A stretch of DNA of 64,000 bases from Alphaproteobacteria bacterium (GCA_965261735.1 OZ253470.1:1632001-1696000), one strand, 5' to 3'. Positions 10,932-20,293 are shown, counted from the stretch's first letter. Numbers and translations: made by a program. The notes: generated by a model from the letters alone, not told the origin.

Positions 10932-11414
10932 CTGGTTCGATACCCGCCACGAGCCGTCGGGCTGGCGGCAGGCGCTGCCGTGGGCTTGCCCGGTGCGCCC
11001 GCCGGCGGTCGCGGTGAGTTGGTATTCCCTACAGTAGATTCCGGCGGCCGATCTGTCGGTGCGGGTCGGGGTAATCGCCCCTACGTTGCCGGTGTTGCGA
11101 TTGCGCCAGCGCAAGGGCACCACGCTTGGACCGGTCTCCAGCGCCGCTTGCTGTGTGCGGGCCGCACACAGCTTGTCGAGCGAGGCGCCGATCCCGCTAC
11201 CGGGAAACAGCCCCGCCATGGTTCCAGCTACGGTGGCCGCGATCCCGTGCTTGCCGCTTCCGGCTGTGGACCTGGGCAACCCCCGGCGATGTCGCCGAGC
11301 CCGCGCGCCGTCCATCCGCTTCACCCCATGACCGCCGGACATGCAACCGGCCCGAAACAGGGACGCGATTATCGCGATCGCCGTCCTGGTCGCCGCCGTC
11401 TTCGAATGGGTCAA
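10932..11414 (-). pseudogene. 17-kDa surface antigen (RT0821/Lpp0805-like) lipoprotein, degenerate
   Basis: Gly-zipper GIGASLD, WRNRNTGNVG, YCREYQ...ACRQPDGSWR. The stop codon is lost and the N-terminal part is degenerate. Confidence 0.7.
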
Positions 11415-11590
11415 TCGAGACCTCCCGGCGGGGCGGCGAGAGCCGTTCTCTCTCCCTCATCCCCGCCGCCCGAAAGGCCCCGGCCTCATTCTCTCGCCGG
11501 CGCGCCAGGTTCTGGCGGAGGCAGTGCGCCCGTAGTGTAACTTTCTGCTTGTGGACCGCTGCCCGGATCGACGCCCGGGTCTGCCGAGGC

Positions 11591-12850
11591 TCAGGTTTTA
11601 ACCTTCGGGATGTCTTCCCAACGGGTTGTGTAGTTGGGCGAGCGGAACGCGCTGCTCGATCGCCAGGCCGCGGCCTGCGCCGCGGGGCCGAATTGGATCG
11701 CTCCCGGCCCCAGCCGGTCGTTGATGGCGTCGAACGCTTCGATCAGCTTGTCGTCCCTTGGATCCTGCGTATCGAATAGCGAGATTGGCGCCCGGCCGGC
11801 TTCTACGAGGTCGAGCAGCATCACCCCGGCGCGTTTGTACGCCAGCCCCTCGCGGTAGATGTGCTTCAGAGCGGCCAGCGCGGCTCGCACGACATGCTTC
11901 GTGTTATTGGTCGCGGGCGACAGTGCTTCCGAGCAGGAGGGAGCGTGGTGCGGGCTCTTGCCGAAACGGTTGGTCTCGATGAACACGCTCACCGAGGTTG
12001 AGACGAGATTGGCCCTGCGGATCGATCGTGCCGCATCGGTCGCGAACATGGCGATCGCATTGGCCAACTCGTCGTAGTCGCGCACTTCCGCGCCGAAGGA
12101 CCGGGAGACCATCGTCGTCTGCTTGGGCTGGGGCATGTCATCGAAGCCTATACAGTCCTCGCCGCGTAATTCCCGTACCGTCTTCAGCCCGCCGACGCCC
12201 ATCTCCTTGCGGATCCAGCCATCGGGCCGCCGCGCGAGATCGAGAGCCGTCATGACGCCGTTGCGGTTGAGTTTCTTGGCGTACTGCCTGCCGATGCCCC
12301 AGACATCGCCGACTTCAGTTGACGCCAGCGCCCTGTCGCGCCAGCGCTCACCGGTGAGATCGAGAACGCCGTCCGTTTTGGCGGAGGTCTTCGCGAGGCG
12401 ATTGGCGATCTTGGCAAGGGTCTTGGTCTCGGCGATGCCGATGCTGATCGGCAGCCCGGTCCATTGCCGCACGGTATGTTTCAGTCCCTGGCAGAACGCC
12501 GTGAGGTTTTCCGGTATTCCCGTGAGATCGAGAAAGCATTCGTCGATCGAGTATTTCTCCACCGCCGGGACCAGTTCCCCGAACACCTGCATCACCCGAT
12601 TGCTCATGTCGGTATAGAACTGGAGGTTGCCGCTGATGACGGCAATGCTGTGCCGCTCGATGAGGTCTTTCGCCTGGAACGCCGGCTGCGCCATCTTGAC
12701 GCCGAGCGCCTTGGCCTCGTCACTGCGCGCGACGATGCAGCCGTCGTTCGACGACAGGACGACGGCGGGACGGCCTTCGAGTGTAGGACGGAAGACCCTT
12801 TCGCAGGAGACGAAGAAGTTATTGCAATCGGCCAGTCCGTAGATGCTCAT
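11591..12850 (-). CDS. umuC: Y-family DNA polymerase (UmuC-type)
   Basis: LADCNNFFVSCERVF, VVLSSNDGC, YSIDECF, DVWGIG and C-terminal SPNYTTRWEDIP. Confidence 0.93.
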   Translation of the reverse strand: MSIYGLADCNNFFVSCERVFRPTLEGRPAVVLSSNDGCIVARSDEAKALGVKMAQPAFQAKDLIERHSIAVISGNLQFYTDMSNRVMQVFGELVPAVEKYSIDECFLDLTGIPENLTAFCQGLKHTVRQWTGLPISIGIAETKTLAKIANRLAKTSAKTDGVLDLTGERWRDRALASTEVGDVWGIGRQYAKKLNRNGVMTALDLARRPDGWIRKEMGVGGLKTVRELRGEDCIGFDDMPQPKQTTMVSRSFGAEVRDYDELANAIAMFATDAARSIRRANLVSTSVSVFIETNRFGKSPHHAPSCSEALSPATNNTKHVVRAALAALKHIYREGLAYKRAGVMLLDLVEAGRAPISLFDTQDPRDDKLIEAFDAINDRLGPGAIQFGPAAQAAAWRSSSAFRSPNYTTRWEDIPKVKT

Positions 12851-13131
12851 GGCAGGCTCCGCACCACCCCGGCAACGACGCCCCAGACGTGGGCCTCCTC
12901 GCCATCGAGGGCGGCGAACGGACGCGCGGTCAACTCGCCCTCGATTGCCGCGATGACGATGGAACCCGTGCTTGGTGTACGCGAGCGGTCGACGATCAAG
13001 GTGTCGCCGGCAAGGATCCCGTGTTCGGCCATGCCGCCGCCCTCGGCCGTGACAAAGAATGTCGCCGCAGGACGCTTTATGAAATGATCGTCGAGGCTAA
13101 GACTCGTCGTGGGGGTGACTACGGTGAACAT
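12847..13131 (-). CDS. umuD: Short UmuD-like S24-fold protein
   Basis: LDDHFIKRPAATFFV...GILAGDTLIVDRS...IVIAAIEGELT...VWGVV. ATGA overlap with umuC. Confidence 0.8.
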   Translation of the reverse strand: MFTVVTPTTSLSLDDHFIKRPAATFFVTAEGGGMAEHGILAGDTLIVDRSRTPSTGSIVIAAIEGELTARPFAALDGEEAHVWGVVAGVVRSLP

Positions 13132-13204
13132 CAGGCAATGCCTGTAAATTTACCTTGTCGGCGCCGGCGGCGGTTAACTTGGTTTGGCGGTAGAATACAT
13201 CCAG

Positions 13205-13230
13205 CACGTCGGTTCAAGTAGAACGACGTG
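13205..13230. promoter_or_regulatory. Inverted repeat between divergent umuD and ORF 13328
   Basis: CACGTCgGTTC-aagta-GAACGACGTG. Confidence 0.45.
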
Positions 13231-13327
13231 AAAAGGGAAACGGCAAGCTGGCGTGTAACAGGGGCAATCAGTTGCACCAGCCGGGCCACGCGGCAGTATA
13301 AGAGGCTTGGAATGAGGGGTTCAGGAA

Positions 13328-13663
13328 ATGGCTATCGATGAGAGCGGGCTCACCAAAGGTCTGGTGAGAAAATTGACCGCGCTTAGGAAATCTGTCGGCG
13401 ACGACCTCGCCGAAGAGGTCTTCGCAAGGTGGCTGGAGCGGGAGGCTGCCTCACAAGCCAGGAGCAAGCCGGATCCCGTGGCGATGAAGATCGTCGAGGC
13501 TCTCGCGGGCTTTGAGAATGACCCGAAGTTCAATCTCGGAAATTATGGCTACACACTGCGCCGCGCCAAAGGCAAGGGTGCGTCGGGCTTCATCGCATAC
13601 AAGAATGAAAAGGCGGATAAAGCGCCGACCCCGTTTTCTGAAGTTGAGAAGCTCAGTCGATGA
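13328..13663 (+). CDS. Hypothetical protein
   Basis: 111-aa ORF with AGGA RBS and protein-like composition; its stop overlaps the next start. Confidence 0.7.
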   Translation: MAIDESGLTKGLVRKLTALRKSVGDDLAEEVFARWLEREAASQARSKPDPVAMKIVEALAGFENDPKFNLGNYGYTLRRAKGKGASGFIAYKNEKADKAPTPFSEVEKLSR

Positions 13664-13980
13664 CCGCCTTTGATGACCGCAAAACAGCCACCGAAGCCAA
13701 GTTCACGCATGATCAGGAGTTCCAGTTCAAGACCATCGCGCGGCGCAACAAGCTGCTCGGCCTGTGGGCAGCGGAGCAAATGGGCATTTCAGGCGCGGAT
13801 GCCGAAGCCTACGCCAAGCAGGTCGTGATCGCCGATTTTGAAGAGCCGGGAGATGCCGATGTGTTGCGGAAGGTGCTCGGCGACCTGACTGACAAAGGGA
13901 TCGCGACCGACGAGCACAAGGTGCGTCACGAGATGACCCACCTGCTGGAGGAAGCCAAAACGCAGGTTTCGACCGAATAG
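13660..13980 (+). CDS. DUF1476 protein (F1Fo-ATPase inhibitor zeta subunit homologue)
   Basis: MTAFDDR...EAKFTHDQEFQFK..ARRNKLLGLWAA...ADFEEPGDADVLRKV matches the alphaproteobacterial zeta family. Confidence 0.88.
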   Translation: MTAFDDRKTATEAKFTHDQEFQFKTIARRNKLLGLWAAEQMGISGADAEAYAKQVVIADFEEPGDADVLRKVLGDLTDKGIATDEHKVRHEMTHLLEEAKTQVSTE

Positions 13981-14511
13981 AACGCGATCATTGGGTTAAA
14001 TCAACAGGCTGGCACCGCGGGATCCCGGTGCGTCAGCAACGCAATGCTATGCAACCTCTGCAGCATAGATTAGTAGTTTCTCTGAATCGCACCGACAGTG
14101 AGATTCGGGACATGACCATCGGTCAGGCCGCATAGGTGAAGAACGACCTTATCTGGATTTCGGAGGCAATGTTAGGTCAAGGCTAGTTACAACAGTTGGA
14201 GGTCACCAGCCCAGCAGCTCACCTGAAGGGCAAGCTTTGCTACGCCTTTCGTCGCCTTCAGCGGTCAGGGTATCGATTTCCGGAGATTCCCATCCGATTC
14301 CCAGCACGCTAAGGCAATCCCGGTGCGCCCCTGGCTATGAGGCGCGCAAACGCAAGATTAAAGGGCGGTCCAGCCTGGATCGGGTGTCTGCGCTCGAACT
14401 GAGGACAGGAAGTTTGAGGGTCTGAGGGTTTGGCCCCTTTCAGGCAGTCCACGAGATTTTTGGCTTCCTCGAACGCTCTCTTCAGCGGTACCGTTCTTCC
14501 AAACAGCTCTT

Positions 14512-16064
14512 CTAGTCCCCTCCAGTGGGGTACATAGAATCGTTATGCTGCAAACCTTGAATTGCTTCACTAGCTACACTCTGCGCAGTAAGGGGTCCCG
14601 TCATCCTCTCAAAAGGCAAGCCGCTTGTTTCCTGATCCCAAACTACACACATTCCTGCAAGGGCGTGGGTTGCAGCGGAGAGATTAGGCATAAATTGTTC
14701 CAGTGCACTGCTCCCGTGCGCTCTAGCATTTCTGATCTTTTGCGTGGGGCCGAGAATGATTTCGTACTCGCGCGGCACCAGCGATGCGATAGCGGCCGCG
14801 AGAGCCTTTACGCGGCGCGGCAGATTCTCTTTTCTTAGGGACCCCAATAATCCTCTGAGCCGGTCGACTTCCACTTCGATACCTGCTGCTACAGCACCGG
14901 CGGCGGCTCCCTCCACCATCTTCGCGATATCTTCCTTCGAGTACGGGGATGCTGAATCGAATTCCCCCACACTCTCGATCCCTGCACAAAGTAATACGAT
15001 ATGATCCGGCGATGCCACATCGTTCATATCCGCAATCACGCTTTCCAGGTTCGCTCGGAACGTTCGACGTTCCTCCTGTTTGGTCAACCACCCCTGCATT
15101 ACCCGAGCAAGTTCGCGTCTTTCCTTCCATCCATTGAGCGGTGCTAAGCTTCCATGGGGCAGGTACCGGTCTTTCTTTACGGGCCTTTCTCTCAAATTGG
15201 GAAGGTACAGAGGCGCGTATCCTCTTGGACGCCTCTTGGAACGAGCGCAAATGCTTCGAAAAGGCAGCTGATCCATCGTGATTTGGGAGAAGAATCGCCG
15301 CCAGTCCAAGACGTGAGTGATGGCATGATCGATAGTGGTTGGTTTATCGAAATGTATGAAGGCTAGTGGCATGAATTTGATTTGAGGATTGCTCCAAGAT
15401 AGAGATTCCTCCATGCCCATATGGACTTCGTAGATTCGGTCTTCAACTCGGAAGCTTAGGACTCGAGGCAACCGGTGCAACAGCCAGACTTCGTGTGGGC
15501 GAAAAAGATCATATGCTCTTCGGTATTGCTTCCTCAAGCGACGAAGTTTCTTTAGCTTACTCAGAATATCCTGTGGTGTCTTATAAAGAGAATGCCGCTC
15601 AATTACTTCAAAATGAAAAAATTATCTAAGCCTTGCAGTGAAAAGCCGATCGTAGTTAGTTGCCCAGTGTCTGAAAGATGATCAGCTCCAAACGCAATAT
15701 AATTTGGAAAGATAGTCGTTTCGAAATGCAATACATCCGTTCCGTATGACGTCATACCTGATTGAAGTGCGTTGTGTAGAAAGAGTTTGTCACCATTCCC
15801 CGATTGCAGCGCTAGATCAAACCAGCCATTATCATCCGTGTCGAAATTGCAGAACTGCGACGTTGACAATTTAACGACTGTATCTTTACCAGCAACCGTT
15901 AGAACGCCCGCACCCCCGAATCCAAGATACGAAAATCTTACATTTGTCCGGCTATTCTCTTCTTCAAGTTCACTAAAGGATTGCATATCACCTTCCTCGT
16001 CAATCTCTTGTGCCTGATCGAGACAGAGCTTATCGCATGGCAACGGGTGTCTTTCTTCAGCCAT
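14512..16064 (-). pseudogene. ApeA-like HEPN-domain protein, split by a 1-nt frameshift at ~15618
   Basis: ORFs 15603-16064 and 14512-15537 join if one T is added to the T6 run (DNFF-HFEVIERH...). C-terminal HEPN RxxxxH motif RNARAH. Low GC. Confidence 0.62.
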
Positions 16065-16308
16065 TTTCCGTTTGTCGTCACCTGACGATTAACAAGATCC
16101 ATGCTAGAAGGTCATGTTCGTCATCCGCTGCATGGTCGTACTGGCTCCGCTCAGTACACTCCAGACAACCGACCACCGGTTAGTCTCGCCCGTACGGCTT
16201 CCGATATTGCTCGATACGAGCCACATAAAGTGGGCTAGAGGTGTGATCTGAACATTGGAGCTCGTAACGGCAGTCGCCCCGACACCTCCTCTCCACTACA
16301 GACGATCA

Positions 16309-16830
16309 CTATGGTCGTACTGCCGCATGCTCGTGTATCTGGACGGGATTCCAGGCTCGACCGGCTTTGGGCAACGGTATCCCCGTTTCGTGGAATTCTC
16401 CGTGGAACCCCGGCAGGCTAATCTCTGTCCCTTGGAATTCCCCTCCGCAGATTATCTTGTATTCTGGGACGGCCTCGCCGCTCATCCCGAGGAAGTGGCC
16501 CCATAGCTCCGCGTTCCCCGTCCGGCTAGCTCGGTACCGTTCCAGCACGTGGGAGGCGGCAAGCACGGCGACCAACTGAGGATATGTGGTGAGCCCGAAG
16601 TGCACTCGCTCCATATCCCTCGACTGCTCGTCCCTGTCGACATCCACATGCACGGCTTCCGTGTTGGCAACGAACTTGAGTGCATCTCGGAGGCTGTACA
16701 CGCGCTCATCCACCCGGAACAGCCGCTGGTTCAGCCAAGTTGCGAGTGACACTGGTTGCGCCTGCGCGTCGAACAACTGTTCAAATACCCAACGCTTAGA
16801 CCTGGAGTCGAACCGTAGGCCGTGCAGGGG
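16309..16830 (-). pseudogene. Hypothetical protein, 5' end removed by IS3
   Basis: The open frame continues up to the IS3 IR at 16831. Contains LKFVANTEAVH. Confidence 0.5.
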
Positions 16831-16898
16831 TGTCCGACGTCAGCGCCTTTGGGACAAATTGAGGTAATTGCATAACGGAGGATTTCTGGCTCATCGTA

Positions 16899-17291
16899 GT
16901 GACCGAAGGGAACGAAGATGAGGCAGAAATCAATGAGCAAGAACGACCGGCGGAGAGAACGGTTCGCGATATTCGGCGCAAGACACGCAAGCAGTATACG
17001 GCTGAGGAGAAGATCCGGATCGTGGTGTCGGGCCTGCGCGGCGAGGAGAGCATCGCCGCCTTGTGCCGCCGCGAGGGCATCGCCGAGGGTCTGTATTACA
17101 GCTGGTCGAAAGAGTTTTTGGAAGCGGGCAAGAAGCAGCTCGCCGGCGACACCGGGCGCCAAGCGACCTCGGGCGAGGTTAAAGTTCTGCGCCAGGAGAT
17201 GCGCGACTTGAAGGAGTTGGTCGCCGAACTTTCGCTTGAGAACCGGCTTTTCAAAAAAAGCATGATCGCGGATGGGGGAGACGAGGAATGA
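16899..17291 (+). CDS. IS3 OrfA (HTH); true start probably ATG 16933 with a 1-nt loss at ~16947
   Basis: RKQYTAEEKIRIV...LCRREGI...YYSWSKEFLEAG; A7G tract near the 3' end. Confidence 0.8.
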   Translation: MTEGNEDEAEINEQERPAERTVRDIRRKTRKQYTAEEKIRIVVSGLRGEESIAALCRREGIAEGLYYSWSKEFLEAGKKQLAGDTGRQATSGEVKVLRQEMRDLKELVAELSLENRLFKKSMIADGGDEE

Positions 17292-18268
17292 GGTATCCCG
17301 CATCCGAGAAGCTGGAGATCATCCGCCTGGTCGAGCAGTCCCACCTGGGCGTCGGGTCCACTTTGGACAAGCTGGGCATTCCGAAGACCACCTTTTATCG
17401 CTGGTACGATCGCTTTCTGGCCTTTGGCGACGCCGGTCTTAAGGATCGCAACAGCAGCCCAGGCCGGGTGTGGAACCGTATCCCGGATGATGTCCGGGGG
17501 CAGATCATCGATCTTGCCCTGGAGGAGACGCAACTGTCGCCCCGGGAACTGGCCGTCAGGTTTACGGACACCAGGGGCTATTTTGTCTCGGAAGCCTCGG
17601 TTTACCGGCTTCTCAAGGCCCACGACCTGATCACCAGCCCCGCTTTCGTGGTCATCAAGGCAGCCGATGAGTTCCGCGACAAGACCACGGCGCCGAACCA
17701 GCTGTGGCAGACCGACTTCACCTATCTCAAGGTCATCGGCTGGGGCTGGTTTTACCTGTCGACCATCCTGGACGACTATTCCCGCTACATCATTGCTTGG
17801 AAGCTCTGCACCAACATGACGGCGGACGATGTGACGGCAACACTGAAGTTAGCGCTAGAAGCCTCAGGCTGCAATCGCGCCAATGTCGTCCACAAGCCGA
17901 GGCTGCTCAGCGACAACGGCTCGTCCTATATCTCCGGCGATCTGGCTGAATGGCTCGAGGACCACGGTATGGATCACGTTCGCGGCGCACCGTATCACCC
18001 GCAAACCCAGGGCAAGATCGAGCGCTGGCATCAAACCCTGAAGAACCGGATCCTGCTTGAAAATTATTATCTACCCGGCGATCTCGAAAACCAGATCAGC
18101 GCTTTCGTCGATCACTACAACAACCAACGCTACCACGAGAGCATCGGCAACGTAACTCCAGCCGACACCTACTTTGGACGCCACACCGCCATCATCCAAA
18201 AGAGAAAAAAGATCAAAAAACTGACCACCCAAAACCGCCGCTTGAACCATCAACGCCAAGCGGCTTGA
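17288..18268 (+). CDS. IS3 OrfB DDE transposase
   Basis: WQTDFTY, LDDYSRY, SDNGSSY and PQTQGKIERWH motifs. Confidence 0.93.
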   Translation: MRYPASEKLEIIRLVEQSHLGVGSTLDKLGIPKTTFYRWYDRFLAFGDAGLKDRNSSPGRVWNRIPDDVRGQIIDLALEETQLSPRELAVRFTDTRGYFVSEASVYRLLKAHDLITSPAFVVIKAADEFRDKTTAPNQLWQTDFTYLKVIGWGWFYLSTILDDYSRYIIAWKLCTNMTADDVTATLKLALEASGCNRANVVHKPRLLSDNGSSYISGDLAEWLEDHGMDHVRGAPYHPQTQGKIERWHQTLKNRILLENYYLPGDLENQISAFVDHYNNQRYHESIGNVTPADTYFGRHTAIIQKRKKIKKLTTQNRRLNHQRQAA

Positions 18269-18594
18269 CATCAAACAAAGATGAGCCAGATCCTCCCTTA
18301 TGAAACACGCTCAACAGTCCCATTTGTTTTGATGACGGACATTGTTGACTGCGCCTCTTTTGGTTCCGCAACCTAGGGCTTCGCGGCCGCCCTTCAGGTT
18401 ATGAAACTTTGGGGTGACCGTCGCCACCGGCCGCCACGCGTTTGGTCCGTTGCTCACAAGCAGGAGCGCCGCCCTTCGCTCCGCGACGACCGCCGTGCGA
18501 GTTTCGGCCCACCGGTGAATCGGCGACCCTCACTTCGCGCCACGTCGGCGCGGCGGCCCGATCCTTCGGTCTTCGCCACCCGCCACCCGCCACC

Positions 18595-18628
18595 GTAAGC
18601 GTTCCGTCAGGCCTGACGGAACGCTTAC
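18595..18628. repeat. Perfect 34-bp palindrome
   Basis: GTAAGCGTTCCGTCAGG-CCTGACGGAACGCTTAC. A third half-site CGGAACGCTTACGG lies at 18711-18724. Confidence 0.9.
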
Positions 18629-18755
18629 CGCCATACCGCCACCGACCCCCACCGCGGGTCAACCCGGGTCAGAAGATGTCTGGATCCTAGATTTAGAATG
18701 AATCCGCTTTCGGAACGCTTACGGTTGACAAAATCAGATTTGCCGCAGATAAAAG

Positions 18756-18789
18756 AAACTCCCGAAAAGACTAATGTTTACGGGGGTTT
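18756..18789 (-). terminator. Terminator-like hairpin after the tRNA fragment
   Basis: Minus strand AAACCCCCGTAAAC...TTTCGGGAGTTT followed by CTTTT. Confidence 0.5.
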
Positions 18790-18793
18790 ATCT

Positions 18794-18838
18794 TGGTTGC
18801 GGGGGTTGGATTTGAACCAACGACCTTCAGGTTATGAG
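18794..18838 (-). other. att site: 3' half of tRNA-Met(CAT, initiator-like)
   Basis: Minus strand CTCATAACCTGAAGGTCGTTGGTTCAAATCCAACCCCCGCAACCA gives anticodon loop, T-arm and CCA. The 5' half is absent. Adjacent to an integrase. Confidence 0.88.
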
Positions 18839-19027
18839 TTTCGATACATATGGTAGACAGAGGTGCGCACACGTGCGCAGGAGTACGATAAATAGCAGGA
18901 TTACGTTGGATTCAGTGATTCTTTCTACGACAGACGTACACAGGGATGCGCTCTGGTTTACCTGAAAGTGTTTGCCAATAGTTAGCCATGGTGATACATG
19001 CTCCCTCCCCCGTCAAGGAGCAATGCC

Positions 19028-20224
19028 GTGGCAAACCGCATCCCCCGTATCACCAAGCGCTCCGTCGATGCCATAAAGGTCGGTGGGACGGATACGGTCT
19101 ATTGGGATGGAGAACTCACAGGCTTCGGCCTGCGTGTTCGGCGCTCGGGACGCAAGAGCTACGTCGTCCAGACCCGCATTGCCCGGAAACTGTGCTGGTT
19201 CACCATCGGCCCTCACGGACCGCTGAACCCGGATCAGGCGCGTGCCCGTGCGCTGGAGATATTGGCTTGTGCGAAGAAAGGCATCGATCCACGCGACGCA
19301 AACGCCCGACGCGAGGCCGAGCCGAGCATGGCTGATCTCGGGCGCAGGTTCCTGGAGGAATATGTCCCGGTCCATTGCAAGCCGAGCACCCGGGAAGAGT
19401 ACCGCCGTTCGGTGAGGCTGTTTGTCGACCCCGTGATCGGGGAGTTGCGGGTTCCAGAGGTGCAGCGCAAGAACATTGCCGCACTGCATCACGGCCTGCG
19501 GGACAAGCCCTATCAGGCCAACCGGACGCTCGGGGTGCTGTCCAAGATGTTTTCCCTTGCCGAAGTCTGGGGCTGGCGCCCCGACGGCTCCAATCCTTGC
19601 CGGCATGTCAAGCGCTACAAGGAGCATAAGCGGGAGCGGTTCCTGTCGCCGGAAGAGACCGAGCGGCTGGGCCAGATCCTGCGTGAGGCCGAGGAAGAGA
19701 TGCCCTCGGCCGTGGCCGCCTTCCGCCTGCTTCTGCTAACCGGCTGCCGGATGTCGGAGATACGGGATCTCCGCTGGGACTATGTGAAGGACGACTGTAT
19801 CGAGCTTCCCGATGCCAAGACCGGCGGACGGGTGGTGCCGCTCGGTCCCGAGGCCCGCACGGTGTTGTCAGCCATTTCCCGTGACGAGGACAATCCCTGG
19901 GTCATCGCGGGCCGCCTCCCCGGCTCTCACCTCACCGATCTGCAACGCCCTTGGCGGCGCATCCGCAAGCAGGCGGGCCTTGAGGACGTGCGGATCCACG
20001 ACTTGCGCCACAGCTTTGCCTCGCGCGCGCTGGCTCTCGGCGAAAGCTTGACTATGATTGGGAAACTGCTCGGGCACACCCAGGTGCAAACGACGGCCCG
20101 CTATGCCCATCTCGCCCGTGACTCTATCCAGACCGCCGCCGCCCGCATCACTGAAAGCATCGGGGGGAACCTATTGGGCGAGCGAGAAGATGATATTGCT
20201 CAGCCTGCACACTCAAGAAATTGA
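19028..20224 (+). CDS. Tyrosine recombinase/integrase with N-terminal arm-binding domain
   Basis: YWDGELTGFGLRV; catalytic R (GCRMSE), K (DAKTG), HDLRH, LGH and Y (TTARY) are intact. AAGGAG RBS precedes GTG 19028. Confidence 0.93.
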   Translation: MANRIPRITKRSVDAIKVGGTDTVYWDGELTGFGLRVRRSGRKSYVVQTRIARKLCWFTIGPHGPLNPDQARARALEILACAKKGIDPRDANARREAEPSMADLGRRFLEEYVPVHCKPSTREEYRRSVRLFVDPVIGELRVPEVQRKNIAALHHGLRDKPYQANRTLGVLSKMFSLAEVWGWRPDGSNPCRHVKRYKEHKRERFLSPEETERLGQILREAEEEMPSAVAAFRLLLLTGCRMSEIRDLRWDYVKDDCIELPDAKTGGRVVPLGPEARTVLSAISRDEDNPWVIAGRLPGSHLTDLQRPWRRIRKQAGLEDVRIHDLRHSFASRALALGESLTMIGKLLGHTQVQTTARYAHLARDSIQTAAARITESIGGNLLGEREDDIAQPAHSRN

Positions 20225-20293
20225 CGCTATTGATCGATAGGCGATAACTTGGGCGCATAGCCGCGTATGCACCTGTGCCGGGAGATTTAACCC

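Larger units (their letters stand above)
16831..18341 (+). mobile_element. IS3-family element, copy 1
   Basis: TGTCCG...CGGACA termini with imperfect IRs; orfA/orfB organisation. Confidence 0.92.

Noticed and set aside
9267-11414. 715-aa ORF overlapping parB
   Set aside because: It is read-through of the decayed 17-kDa antigen gene into an alternative frame of GC-rich parB; the Arg/Gly-rich remainder is not protein-like.
13192-13208. LexA box upstream of umuD (GAAT-N7-GCAC)
   Set aside because: Two mismatches out of eight to GAAC-N7-GAAC; too weak to call.
14165-14270. Integron attC site (GTTAGGT core plus hairpin)
   Set aside because: No properly spaced complementary R''/R' and L boxes could be found, and there is no IntI-type integrase or cassette array.
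18794-18870. Complete tRNA-Met gene
   Set aside because: The D-arm and 5' acceptor strand are missing, so it is treated as an att remnant.
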